From Selaginella moellendorffii (taxonomy: Eukaryota; Plantae; Lycopodiophyta), in assembly GCF_000143415.4 (NCBI RefSeq), contig NW_003314300.1:594825-658824 (forward strand): a stretch of 64,000 bases of DNA, read 5' to 3'. Numbering within the stretch: position 1 is the stretch's first letter; each line of letters opens with the position of its first letter. The notes under the pieces are model-generated. The model was not told where the DNA came from. It saw only the letters and a program-made list of their open reading frames with translations, and ran no database searches. The translations under genes and the position numbers were made by a program. Positions 1 through 12,636 of this stretch are shown in pieces.

Positions 1-720
1 TAGGTTTTTTGCATCTTGTCCATCATAGCAACTATCATCTTGACGAAAAACTGATTGAATCAAAGCTTGAAAAGGATGGTTGAATCATGTTGCACTCTAT
101 ATCTAGGATAACACCAACTTCTAAGTATATCCGGAGTGTACATTTTGCTCCATTGTACACTCTATTGCAGCCTTTACTGCCCCAGACTACCTCTTTCAGA
201 CCTTGTGAGCAAAATCCAAGTGAAGGCTATCCACATAGAAATGTACATCCTTTGGCCTTCCTTCTCCACTCCATATTGGCTACAAGGATAGAGATATGCC
301 CAAAAATCCTAGTTATAAACCTCATGATTCTCCTTAGCATTTTTTTGAGGATATGGAACTCCACAATGATGTGATCTTTGGTTTCTGGTGGCACAAACCT
401 CTTGTAGAAAAGAGTAGTCAGTACCTTTGAGTTTGCAAGCTATTGCAAAGTGAGTGAGTGTTGCCATTAAGTTGCTGCCCCATATAATGTCAAGACAAAA
501 TAATCCCCAAATAGATTATCATCCACATCAGAAATTTTCAATCATGAGCGAATGGTATTAATGTGGTCTTGAACATCCTTTCATCCAGATCCATAAAACT
601 TTGACAAGAGCTACAATAGCTTAATGTCAATCTTTGTCTTATTTTGGAGAAACGGTGCTATCATTGGATGCAATGGTGGTCAAGAAGATGACAGTGTTGA
701 AGTGATAGATGATGACCCAG
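1..720 (-). pseudogene. Decayed Ty3/gypsy gag fragment
   Basis: Minus-strand translation with stops reads ...SKFYGSG*KDVQDHINTI...DYFVLTLYGAAT*WQHSL...TLFYKRFVPPETKD..., which resembles the retrotransposon gag capsid region. Confidence 0.5.
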
Positions 721-1094
721 ACTCAAAAGTTAATGAAAATGGCTTCACTAGAGAAGAGGTTTGATTAATAGTTGTTGGTTTTATTTACTTGAGATCCTCA
801 TAGTCCCATAAGTAGAAACCATACAAGAAACCATCTTAGCAGATGCCCCAATGAACTTCCCTCTATAGGGCTATATTGAAGCTTGCCAAATTGACCTCTC
901 TGTAAGGAAAGGATTTTATGCAAGAAAAAGTGAGGAGAAATGAGGATGGGAACGCAAGATCTAAAAGTGGGAAAGAAAGCTCAACTTCTTGAGAGGGAAA
1001 TAGACCCTCTCTATTGTATCATTGGGATGTAGGGACCCCTTGTGACCTTGGGGAGAAACTCCCAAGCCTTTAGGTTTACAGCTAAGACACCATA

Positions 1095-2380
1095 TGTCAT
1101 AAAGGTGACTTCGGGTATTGAAAATTACCTATTGGCTAGTCCTTTTAAATATTCTTTCCTTACTGCTACAACGGCAGGAGGTTAATATTGCTAGACCTTT
1201 TATTAGTCCCTCTTGTTCAAGTGTTAGTAAATTGGACTTTGCATCTGTACTTGATCGGATGAGCATAAGGAAGGAATTCTTAAGTGTTTATTTACCCAAG
1301 CATAGTTGGCCCAACTTATTAGTTCTCTTTTGCTCTGTCTTGCACTGGCTTGACAACCCTTGCGTATTGAGACTAATTCCTCAATAATGCTAGATGATAA
1401 CTTACTGTCTGCCAAACACTTTTGCTATCATGCCCTTTATGTTAGTCTCATTCCAATCTCAAATACCATTTATAGAAAATGTCTAGATCTGCTCATTTGG
1501 CATATTTATGGAATGTAGAGATTGTCTTGAACATAATGGTATTCATCCCAAGTCCAAATTCACAATCTAGGGATATTCTATATTTAGTAAGTTTCAAGCT
1601 TGTCCCAGAGATTAACTCTTGGTACTAAGGGTGGCTAAGGGTGAAAGCCCAAAGCGTATATTCTTCAAGGGGGAAGGGGTTTATGGGGGGCTCCAAATGT
1701 ATAATAGAGATAGTAGGTTGGTTGGGTATGGCCAACCAACCAAAGGCATAGTTTAGTCTTGCTTGCGCGCTTGTCTTTGTGGTAGCTTTCGATACCCGAA
1801 GTCACATTCACAACATAGACGCAAAACAAGGACAAGCACACAAGCGAGAGCTAGACTATTCCTTTGGTTGGTTGGCCATGTCTGACCAACCTACTATCCT
1901 GTACTATACATTTGAAACCCCCCATAGTCTAAGTGCATGTGGTTTTCACTCTTTATCCTATAGTGATTTACCATAAGAAAATCACAAAGCAAAACCTAAA
2001 CCCTCCATATGCCACGTGTCATATGCCACATGCCATATGCCACATGTCCAAGGACAGTGGTGTGGGACTTGAGTTTCAGGGCCTCGGGCCACTAAACGTA
2101 AGAACGGAGCCAAACTTTTAAGCACAAAGCTAAGGAGTGACAAAATCGAAGCACAGAGCAACTCTTGAGCATACATCCCAAGGAGTGAAGGGACAGGAGC
2201 ATGGAGCGACTTGGAATAGTCCTAGAGCATCCAACATCTCAATGTCATGACCAACATGCAAAACAGAGCCAAACAGAGTTTGGCGCTATTTCAGCATACT
2301 GGTGGTTTAACGTGAGAATATGGGTACTCCACCAACTAATATGATATGGAGCTTGAGCTTAAACCCTAGCCAAACGCAGA
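1095..2380 (+). mobile_element. Family-A LTR (solo-like); 5' part 1095-1780 forward, 3' part inverted at ~1931-2380
   Basis: Starts TGTCATAAAGGTGACTTCGGGTATTG, homologous to the LTR start at 5908. 1931-2380 is the reverse complement of the LTR 3' half (cf. 3030-3471). Confidence 0.8.
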
Positions 2381-5300
2381 TGTCGGCTAGTCCTTTTAGA
2401 TATTCTTTCCTTACTGCCATGACGGCAGAAGGTCGGTATTGCTGGACCCGTTATCAGTTCCCACTTAAGTTAGTTGAGAAATTGGTCAATGACCATGTAC
2501 TTAGATTGGATAAACATAAAGTAGGAACCCTATGTGTTTTTTGCTGAGCATACTCGGCCTGGTTTGGGAAACTTGAGTCATTGGCTTGCACTTGCTAGTA
2601 TCAAGAACCCCTGTGATATTGAGATTGGTCCCTCAATATTTGCTAGATAATAGCTTACTGTGTCTGCCAAACACCCTTGCTATCATGCCCTTTGTGTTAG
2701 TCTCATTTCGGTCCCAAATGCTATTTATAGAAAGTGTCTAAATTTGCTCATTTGGCATATTTATGGAATGTAGAGATTGGCCTGAACACAATGGTGTTCA
2801 TTCCGTGTCCAAATTCGCAATCTAGCACCATTTCATATTTAGTAAGTTTCGAGCTTGTCCCAGAGACTAACTCCTGATACTAAGGGAGGCTTGGGGTGAA
2901 AGCCCAAAGCATGTGTTCCTCAAGGGGGGGGGGGGGCCTTAGGGGATTCCAAATGTATAATAGGGATAGTGGGTAGGTTGGGTATGGCTAACTAACCTGA
3001 GGCATAATCTAGCTCCCACTTGCATGCCTGTCTTTGTTTTGCGGCCGGCTTGGGTTTAAGCCCAAGTTCCATTCCATGCTAGCTGGTGGAGTACCTATGT
3101 CCTCGCGTTAGGCCACCCGTATGTCGAAATAGCGCCAAACTCTGTTTGGCTCCGTTTTGCATGCTGGTCCTAGCATTGGGATGCTGGTTGCTCCAGGATT
3201 GTTCCAAGTCGCTCTGGGCTCCTGTCCCTTTGGGCTATATGCTTGGGAGTTGCTCTGTGGTCCAGTTTCGTCACTCCTTGGCTCCATGTTTGGGAGTTTG
3301 GCACCGTTCCTTTGTTCAGTGGCCCAAGGCCCTAAATCTCAGGTTTTGCACCATTGTCCTTTGGACATATGGCATATGACACATGGCATAAAGAGGGTTT
3401 AGGTTCTGCTTCGTGGTGTTATCCTATGGTAAATCACCATAGGATAAAGGGTCAAAACCACGTGTGCTACATTTGGTATCAAAGGATGAGTCTCAGCGAG
3501 TACTATCCAACGAGATTGGGCAACTAGTTTCATTGCATACGCAGAGATGAAAATGATGATCCAAGTGAGTACACGTTTGGGTGCAAAAAGCTTCGCATTA
3601 GTACCCTAAGTATGGATTTGGTTACCTTGTTGTACCTTATGATGTGAGCTTGCTCTTGGGCTCATAGGATGGATTTGAGGTGTACCAATTTGCACGAGTT
3701 TTCACTTGGGCTCGTGAGTGAGGCACATTAGCAACTCGAAGTTACACTTTGAGTTGGCAGCATTAATGTTAGACTATTGGTAGTTCCATGAGTTGTTCCA
3801 GTGGTTCCATGAGTTGTTCCATGTACCGTGGGTGAAAATAAACCTTCCCTAGGTTTGCTATGAGTGGCATATAGGCTGGTCCGTAGCTGTTTAGCACAGC
3901 ATTAGTGGATCCTTCCTAGGCATGATTATAAGTGGATCAACCAAGACTGTAGGGATTAGTCTATTGGTTCAAGTAGTTATTGCCATGCTCTCTCATAAAC
4001 TTTTCTTGGATTGGACTGAAGGCAGTGCGAAAGCAAGCTTGAGGTTTAGTCTAGACAAGATTGTTTAGTAGGAGTTGAGTTTTGGCTTTTCCTTGAAAAG
4101 TGATTCAGTCGTGGACTATGCTAACTCTACAAGCGGAAGAGTTAATGATCGATATTGGAATGTTTAAATCTTTATTGGATTTGAGTTGGAATATATTGAT
4201 CATTGATGATTTCTCTTGTGCTTGTTATGAAGTGAGTTATGTCTCGCTAAAGATGGATTCATGGAAGATCGTATAGTGATCACTTGTTGAGCCATTGTGC
4301 TTGGCTTTTGGATTGATGCAAATATGCTCTTTATTAACTTTAGCATTATGATGTTTAGCTTATGGATGTGTTGAGGAGAATATTGTGGGTTGTACCATGG
4401 TTTCTTCTTTAGCATTGAAGGTAGTTCATGTGAAACTCGTGATCATTGTTAGACAAGACTTGGCTATAGACTTCTTCGAGCTTTTGGTTCTTTGAGTTTT
4501 ATGCTCATTGTTCCATTTGTTAGGAGTTGTTGGGGAAGGCATTTTGACTTGTTCGCTTCAATGTGAAGTTGGCTTTTGCATCTAGCAATCATTGGTGATG
4601 ATTTATTATCATCTAAGATAGTTGATTATCCTTGTCAAGGGTTTTGCTTGATTATTGTTGGTATATAATGATTTGCCGTTCTTTGGGATGGCAGATTCTT
4701 TCTTCAACTATGATTATGCATCTCTTTCTTGATGGGATGATTAATGATCTTTTATGATAGTTAGTTGTTTTCTTTAATGGCTTATGGCTTTTTGCAATAC
4801 CACATGTTCTTTGTGGTTTGTTCTGGATTGGTCTTTTGGGTTTGATACATTGGTAGGATGTTAGTGATGGTTGCTTGAGCAACTCTAGTTCCTTGGTATT
4901 ATTGATAATGATCTATTCAGATTAGTTAGTACAATAGTTGACATGAATAATTGTTTGTTTGTCTTGCCACATTCATTTTGTTCTGTTGATTATTGCTTGA
5001 GTTAGTTTTGATAGATTAGAATGTTATTTCCTTCGGGTGATACATTCGCGAGCATCTTGCTTGTTAGTCAATGATACTTTGTGTTCTTTAAGTTATCTTT
5101 GGTAAGTTGTTTGACATATTGTCTACCATCTTCAGTAGTTAAGTTTCATCATTGAGTTTCCTTGATGATATACTTGCTATTGAATTTTTTTGGATGGTGA
5201 TTCTTATGCCTATCACTTATGATGATCTTGGTAGTTCCTATCCTTGAATATTGGTTTATCGGATGATAACTTACTTGGAATACATTTGTGTTCTAATATA

Positions 5301-7051
5301 AGATATAGTCACTAATAATTATGTCTCTAAGATATCATTGTCTTTGACTTTGATATTGTCCATCTATTGATCTTTGAGTTTCGGCCAGTTATGTAGACTG
5401 GCTTTGGCACTTCATGTGCATGGTGAAATCTTTAGTCATGGAGTAGCTATTGTCGACTGGTCACATAACTCGCCTCTTTGTCAATATTCCTTATTCTGTT
5501 AAAAAGGGCATGACCGTGTAAACAACTCTAACTGCCTGTTTACAGTAGTCTATCTAAACCTTACTGATAGGTTCAGTTTCTTTGCTCATGAGGGTTGGGG
5601 CCTCTGGCTTCTCTCTCTATGTCCTTGCAGGCAGGGGTGTATCACACTTTTGTAAGCTTGGTGACACCCAGAGCAGCAAGGATGGCTAACTCCGTTGGTC
5701 ATTTCCTTGTCAGCGACGGCCGGAAGGTGTCTGAGCTGGTAGCGCATCCGCGTTAGACACAAAGGTTGCCTCCTAACTCATTTCTCATTTGGTGCATTTC
5801 TCACATAGTGTGAATACCGTGAACTTTTTCTAGAGTTGTTTCCTTGGCGGTATTCTAGACTCGAGTATGCATCGACGAGGACGTTGATCTTCCTTAGGGG
5901 GGGAGAGTGTCGCGAATGTGACTTCAGGTATCGAAAGTTACCTGTTAGCTAGTCCTTTCGGATATTCTTTCCTTATTGCCATGACGGTAGGAGGTCGGTA
6001 TTGCTGGACCCGTTATCAATTCCCACTTGAGCTAGTTGAGAAACTGGTCAATGACCATGTACTTAGATTAGATAAACATAAGGTAGGAACCCTATGTGTT
6101 TTTTGCTGAGCATACTTAACCTAGTTTGAGAAACTTGAGTCATTGGCTTGCACTTGCTAATATCAAGAACCCCTGTGATATTGAGATTGGTCCCTCAATA
6201 TTTGCTAGATGATAGCTTACCATGTCTGCTAAACACCCTTGCTATCATACTCTTTGTGTTAGTCTCATTTCGGTCCCAAATGCTATTTATAAAAAGTGTC
6301 TAGATTTGCTCATTTGGCATATCTACGGAATGTAGAGATTGGCCTGAACACAATGGTGTTCGTTCCGTGTCCAAATTCGCAATTTAGCACCATTTCATAT
6401 TTAGTAAGTTTTGAACTTGTCCCAAAGACTAACTCCTGATACTAAGGGAGGCTTGGGGTGAAAGCCCAAAGCGTGTGTTCCTCAAGGGGGGGGACATATG
6501 GGGGGTTCTAAATGTATAGTAAGGATAGTGGGTAGGTTGGGCATGGCCAACCAATTTGAGGCATAGTCTAGCTCCCACTTGCATGCCTGTCCTTGTTCTA
6601 CCTCCAGCTTGGGTTTAAGCCCAAGTTCCATTCCATGGTAGCTGGTGGAGTACCCATGTCCTCGCGTTAGGCCACCAGTATGCCGAAATAGCGCCAAACT
6701 CCATTTTGCTCCATTTTGCATGCTAGTCCTAGCATTGGGATGCTGGTTGCTCTAGGATTGTTCTAAGTCGCTCCGGGCTCCTGTCCCTTCGCTCCTTGGG
6801 CTGTATGCTTGGGAGTTGCTCTGTGGTTTGGTTCCGTCACTCCTTGGCTCCATGCTTGGGAGTTTGCCACCATTCCTTTGTTCAGTGGCCCAAGGCCTTG
6901 AACCTCAGGTTTCGCACCATTGTCCTTTGGACACGTGGTATATGATACATGGCATATGTCACATGGCATAAAGAGGGTTTAGGTTCCACTTCATGGTGTT
7001 ATCCTATGGTAAATCACCATAGGATAAAGGGTCAAAACCACTTGCGCTACA
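1781..7051 (+). mobile_element. Non-autonomous (LARD-like) Ty3/gypsy element, family A
   Basis: 5' LTR = 1781-1815 (inverted) + 2381-3471 ending TGCTACA. PBS TGGTATCAAAG at 3474 (tRNA-iMet type). Internal 3472-5907 has no long ORF, only an integrase-like remnant FNVKLAFASSNH near 4560. PPT AGGGGGGGAGAG 5896-5907. 3' LTR 5908-7051 (TG...CA). TSD GTCTA/GTCCA. Confidence 0.85.
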
Positions 7052-8053
7052 GTCCAGCTTAGGTCTAACATGGCATGCCAGGTAGAGGAATATGATCATC
7101 TTGTCTTTCTGCTTTTTGGGAATCAATGTTTCTAGGGTCAATTAGATGCTAGGAAGCATGGGAGGAAAGCATGAGGAGAGGATGTACAACCAATTTGAAG
7201 TCGGTAGTTCTACTTTTATTAATAGTTGTAGATTCCTTTTTGTCGTGAATATGACTTTGGTATCAAAAGATATTTGTTGGCCAGTCTTTACGGACACTCT
7301 TTTTTTACTACCATGATAGCAAGAGGTCGGTACAGTTGGATCCCTTTGGTAGCCCCTTTTGTGTTAGTGGAGTTAACTAAGCATTTCGAGTGTACTTAGA
7401 CCAAATGAACATAAAAACGGAATTCCTACGTGCTATTAACTAGACATACTTAGTTTGGTAAGGAGTTCCCGTCTTGTTATGTCTTACACTGGCTAGTGAC
7501 AAGAACCCTCGGGTATTGAGACTAGTCCCTTAATATCACTAGATGATAGCTTACCGTGTTTATTAAACGCCCTCGCTATCATGCCTTTTGTGTGAGTCTC
7601 ATTTTGGTCCCAAATGCTATTTATGAAAAGTGTCTAAATTCACTCATTTGGCATATCTACGGAATGTAGAGATTAGTTTAAACACAATGGTGCTCGTCCC
7701 ATATCCAAATTCGCAATCTAGCACCATTCCATATTTAGTAAGTTTCAAGTTTGTCCTAGAGACTAACTCTTGGTACTAAGGGAGGTTTGGGGTGAAAGCC
7801 CAAAGTGTGTGTTCCTCAGGGGGGGCAGGGGGGGGGGGGGTGTTCTAAATGTATAGTAGGGATAGTGGTTGAAATGCATGTATGACCACCTGAGATATTA
7901 GTTTGGCTCCCGTTGGGTTATGTCGCTCCTTGTTTTGTGTCTGGCTTAGGTCTAAGCCCAAGCTCCACATTGTTCTAGTTGGTGGGGTACCCTTTTCCTC
8001 ACGTTAGCCACTGGTATGGCAAAATTGTGCCAGACACCATTTAACACCATTTT

Positions 8054-9719
8054 GGAACACTGAAGACACTACTTGGGTGGACACACTAAAGTTTATATAG
8101 ATAGTAACACACTAAGCTACTTTGCTATACAGCCTAAGCTTACGTCGAAGCAAGCTCGTTGGCAAGAGAAGCTTGCTAGATATGATATTGAAATCATATA
8201 TAAACCTGGTAAAAACAATATTGTTCTGGATGCGTTGAGTCATCAAACTCAGTTCTGGGCAATATCGGCAATCAGTTCAGACTGGTTAAAGGGCGTTTGG
8301 GCTTCATATGGAAGTGATCCATTGGCAAAGGCAATCTTGCACAGTGTGGAGTTGTCGAGGTAGAACTCTGTAGCGACACGGCGAAAGTTGTTATTCGAAC
8401 CAATGTGAAACTTCACTTCTCAATTTGGGATAGGCTTATATTCTATAAGTAGGAAAGATTGTATCTTCCCTTTAAGGATCTACAGTAGTTGTTTCTGTGG
8501 GAACATCATGATGTTCCAGCAGCGGGACATGGTGGAAAACACAAGACTCTTGCTTCATTGAAAAAGGGATTTTTTCGGTTTGGTATGGAAGGTGATGTTG
8601 TGGATTATGTTCATTCCTGCCCTACATGCCAGTAATGTAAGAGTAGAACTGAGAAGCAAGTTGGAAAGTTGCAATGCATTCCTGCACCGGCATGGCCATT
8701 TCAGAGTGTGACACTTGATTTCGTCACTTGCTTGCCGAAATTTAAGGGTTATGATACTTTGATGGTGGTTATGGATCGGTTGTCAAAGATTGCACTTTTC
8801 ATTCCAATTGTGGGAATAGTGAATGCAAAACAAGAAGCAAAACTCTTTTTCCATGAAGTAGTGCAGGTTTGTGGTCTTCCCAAAGAGATGATCTTGGATA
8901 GAGATTCGAGGTTTACGGGGAAGTTTTGGGGCACACTGTTCCAGCTATTTGGTACCAAATTGAAGTTTAGTACAGCTTATCATCTTCAAACTAATGGGCA
9001 AACCAAACATATGAATGCTCAAGTTGAGGATTTGCAGTACTATGTCGTGGCAAACCAATGCAATTGGGTTGAGCATTTGGATACAACAAAAATTTGTTAT
9101 AACAACACATTTCACAGCACTATTGGCTGTTCTCCATGGGAAATGCTGCAAGGGAATGCTTGTGGGGTGCCTTAACAAATTGTTATACTGAAACCAATGT
9201 CCAAAGTGTTGGTCCCGGCCATTGAGACTTATGCAAAGTAGCTACGCCAAGGTTGGCCTAGAGCTACTAAGGCGATGGGCAAAGCTCAGGATAGGTATTG
9301 ACATGATAAGGATTAACATCGTCGAGATGTGTCATATCAAGTGGGAGATCAAGTGTGGCTATCTTCCCGGAACTTGAACATTAAGGGATCTTTGTCTCAA
9401 AAGCTGTTACCGAGATATGTTGGACCCTATCAGGTATTGAAATAAATTAGTGATGTATCCTATTAGTTGGATCTTCCTGCAGAAATGTCTAATGTTCATA
9501 ATGTATTTCATGCTAATCTCTTGGCCCCTTACACTATGGATGTTGCAAACAACAGGGAGATTTGTCTACCACCAGATATTGTGGACGGTGAACCAGAATA
9601 CAAAGTTGAAGCTATCTTGGATTCTCGGTTGGGCTCGTGCGAAGGAATATCTAATTAAGTGGAAATGTTACCCATCTTGTGAATCAACTTGGGAACCTCT
9701 TAGGAATCTCTTATTATAA
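8054..9719 (+). pseudogene. Family-B pol 3' part, unit 1 (RNase H end, integrase, chromodomain), with stops and frameshifts
   Basis: QARWQEKLARYDIEIIYKPGKNN; WPFQSVTLDFVT; DRDSRFTGKFW; AYHLQTNGQ; chromodomain EYKVEAILDSR / EYLIKWKCYPSCESTWEP. Confidence 0.9.
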
Positions 9720-12111
9720 ATCTTACAAATCAATAAAATAATATTTTTCTATAAATCAAAGTTTCGTTTCTCTAGTTCATTGGTACTTGGGTCAATTATG
9801 GCAAGCTGACTTCGGCACTTCGGTGCATGGGTTCAATCCATAACCATAGGGATAGCTATTATAGACTGATCACAAGTCCCTGCCTCTCTCTCGATGATTC
9901 ATTTTTGAAAAGGGGTCGTGCAAACAACTTAATTTGCCAGTTTATAATAGTTGTCTAAATCTTCCCAACGAGGTTGATTTCTTGCTCAGAGGAAGTTGGG
10001 CCTCTAGCCTTCTCTCTATATTCCTGCGGGCAGGGATGTATCATTCCTTTGTAAGCCAAGTGGTACTCGAAGCAGCAAGGGTGGCTAACTCTGTTAGTCA
10101 TTTTCTTGTCGGTGACGGCCAAAGGGTGTCTAAATCTTAACGTCTTTGGATGTAGAGGAGAGGTCGTTCCATAACTCATTTAAGTCGGTTCGTTTCCCAC
10201 ATAGTGTGCTTTCCATTAACTTTCGAAGTTGTTTCTTTGACGGTTTGCTAAACTTGGGTATGCATCAATGAGGACATCAATCTTCCCCAAGGGGGGGAGA
10301 GTGTCGCGAATATGACATCGGGTATCGAAAAATACTTGTTGGCTAGTCCTTATGGACACTCTTTCCTTACTGCTATGACGGCAAGAGGTCGGTACAATTG
10401 GATCCCTTTGGTAACCCCGCTTGTGCTAGTGGAGTTAACTGGGCATTTCGAGTGTACTTAGACCAGATGAGCATAAGGACGGAATTCCTACGTGCTATTA
10501 ACTAAGCATACTTAGCTTGGTAAGGAGTTCCCGTCTTGTTATGTCTTACACTAGCTAGTGATAAGAACCCTTGAGTATTGAGACTAGTCCCTTAATATCA
10601 CTAGATGATAGCTAACCGTGTCTATTAAACACCTTCGCTATCATGCCCTTTGTGTTAGCCTCATTTTGGTCCCAGATGCTATTTATGAAAAATGTCTAAA
10701 TTCGCTCATTTGGCATATTTACGGAATGTAAAGATTAGCTTAAACACAATGGTGTTCGTCCCATGTCCAAATTCGCAATCTAGAGACATTCCATATTTAG
10801 TAAGTTTCAAATTTGTCCCAGAGACTAACTCTTGGTACTAAGGGAGGTTTGGGGTGAAAGCCCAAAGCGTGTGTTCCTCAGGGGGGGCAGGGGGGGGTGT
10901 TCTAAATGTATAGTAGGGATAGTGGTTGAAATGCATGTCCGACCACCTGAGATATTAGTTTGGCTCCCGTTGGGTTATGTCACTCCTTGTTTTGCGTCCG
11001 GCTTAGGTCTAAGCCCAAGCTCCACATTGTTCTAGTTGGTGGGGTACCCTTTTCCTCACGTTAGCCACTGGTATGGCAAAATTGTGCCAGACACCATTTA
11101 ACACTATTTTGCTTACATGTGCTAGATATGGGGAGCTAGTGCTCATAGGATTGTACCGGACTCTCGTTTTGCAGCGCAACGGGCTTGGAGTTCAACTCTG
11201 AATTCAGGTGCGCTACATTTGGTATTAGAGGAATTGTCTCAGCGATTCCTATCCAACTTTTGTCAGATTTTCTAACTCAAGTTGCATATGCAGAGACTTT
11301 TCTAGTAGATTCAAAGCGACCTGTGTAGGAATAGTTGGATTGCATCATTCGGTAAGAACATTGTATGCATGTTCAACTATTGATAGAGGCTTGCATGTAG
11401 TTAGCGGGATGGTGAAAAGGAATCGTGCTGATGATGCTGAAACCTCTAGATGGGCAAATTGAGAGGAGGAAACTTCTACTAGAGATGCTGCGGAAGAGGC
11501 AGAGGCTGAGTCAGAAGAGGAAGAGCCGGATGCTCCAGTGCTGCAGCATACAGCTCAGGAAGTTAAGATTAAGAATTTGCGAAGGGAAGTTTTTGTAAGC
11601 GACTAAATTTTCCATTCTACTTTAGTCACTTAACCACACCTCCGACCACTTGGATGAGTCTCACTCACCACCTCCGTAAGTCCTATTTGGACTTAGGGAC
11701 TTGCTAACCCCAAGAATGGCATCCATGCCACTCAACCATTGCACTTGGTCCAAGTGCTCCATGTGTCTGATCCCATGACCGACACCCCAGGGTACCACCA
11801 ACATATCATCCCGTTACGCTAAAGCCATGCCCATTCACCTTGGTCACACCAATGGTCTGACACCACCTACACCACAGTCCCATCTCTCAAAGACTGGACC
11901 ATCTGTCCACAAGTGATCATCCCAGATCCACTCCTTAGCATCCTTAGGATGCCTGCAGACATGGGGAATAGCCTTCCCCAATATCCCTTTCCAGTCCCCA
12001 CCAAGTCCCTTCCTGTCCATGGCCATGTTCACCAACACTGCCACTGGATCAAGGCCCACAGGCCCGACCACCAAGTCCAACTGTCCTCTAGGACTTCCTC
12101 ACTGTGTGACT

Positions 12112-12211
12112 NNNNNNNNNNNNNNNNNNNNNNNNNNNNNNNNNNNNNNNNNNNNNNNNNNNNNNNNNNNNNNNNNNNNNNNNNNNNNNNNNNNNNNNNN
12201 NNNNNNNNNNN
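12112..12211. other. Assembly gap (100 N)
   Basis: N run; the sister LTR (18682-18738) suggests the true missing length is ~57 bp. Confidence 0.95.
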
Positions 12212-12636
12212 TTTGGGACAACATTTCGGAACACCGTGGCCCTACGCGGGCCTCATGGGTACTCTTCCCACCTTCTGCCTTTGGGTGCTCTAACCATGGG
12301 CTTAGAGCGAGGTTTCGTTAAGCCACACCAGGTATCCAAGTAGGTAGTGCCACCCACACTTGGACTGGGAGCATCGGCCAGTTGATCTCCCGGGGGAACT
12401 AGAGCCGGCCCTTGAGCACTTCACCAAGCTACCCTGCTTGTCAGTCCGTATTCACTTTAGTCTTGGACTTCCTAGTGGGCAGCTCATCACCCAACACTGG
12501 GTACAGCTTTTCTGGGCCAAACTGGCCTTTCTTGGCCAAACTGCCTCCACTGTAGTCCTCCCCCTTACTATACTTCTGGAGCTCACCAAACCCCCCAAGG
12601 TCTAGGAGATGAACGCTTTGGGCTTTCACCCTCTCA

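Noticed and set aside
5684-5695. GGCTAACTCCGT match to 16S rRNA
   Set aside because: 12-nt match only; part of a hairpin in the retroelement 3' region.
9860-9915. Possible hammerhead ribozyme in the structured 3' region
   Set aside because: No intact CUGANGA/GAAA core with the required stems was found by eye.
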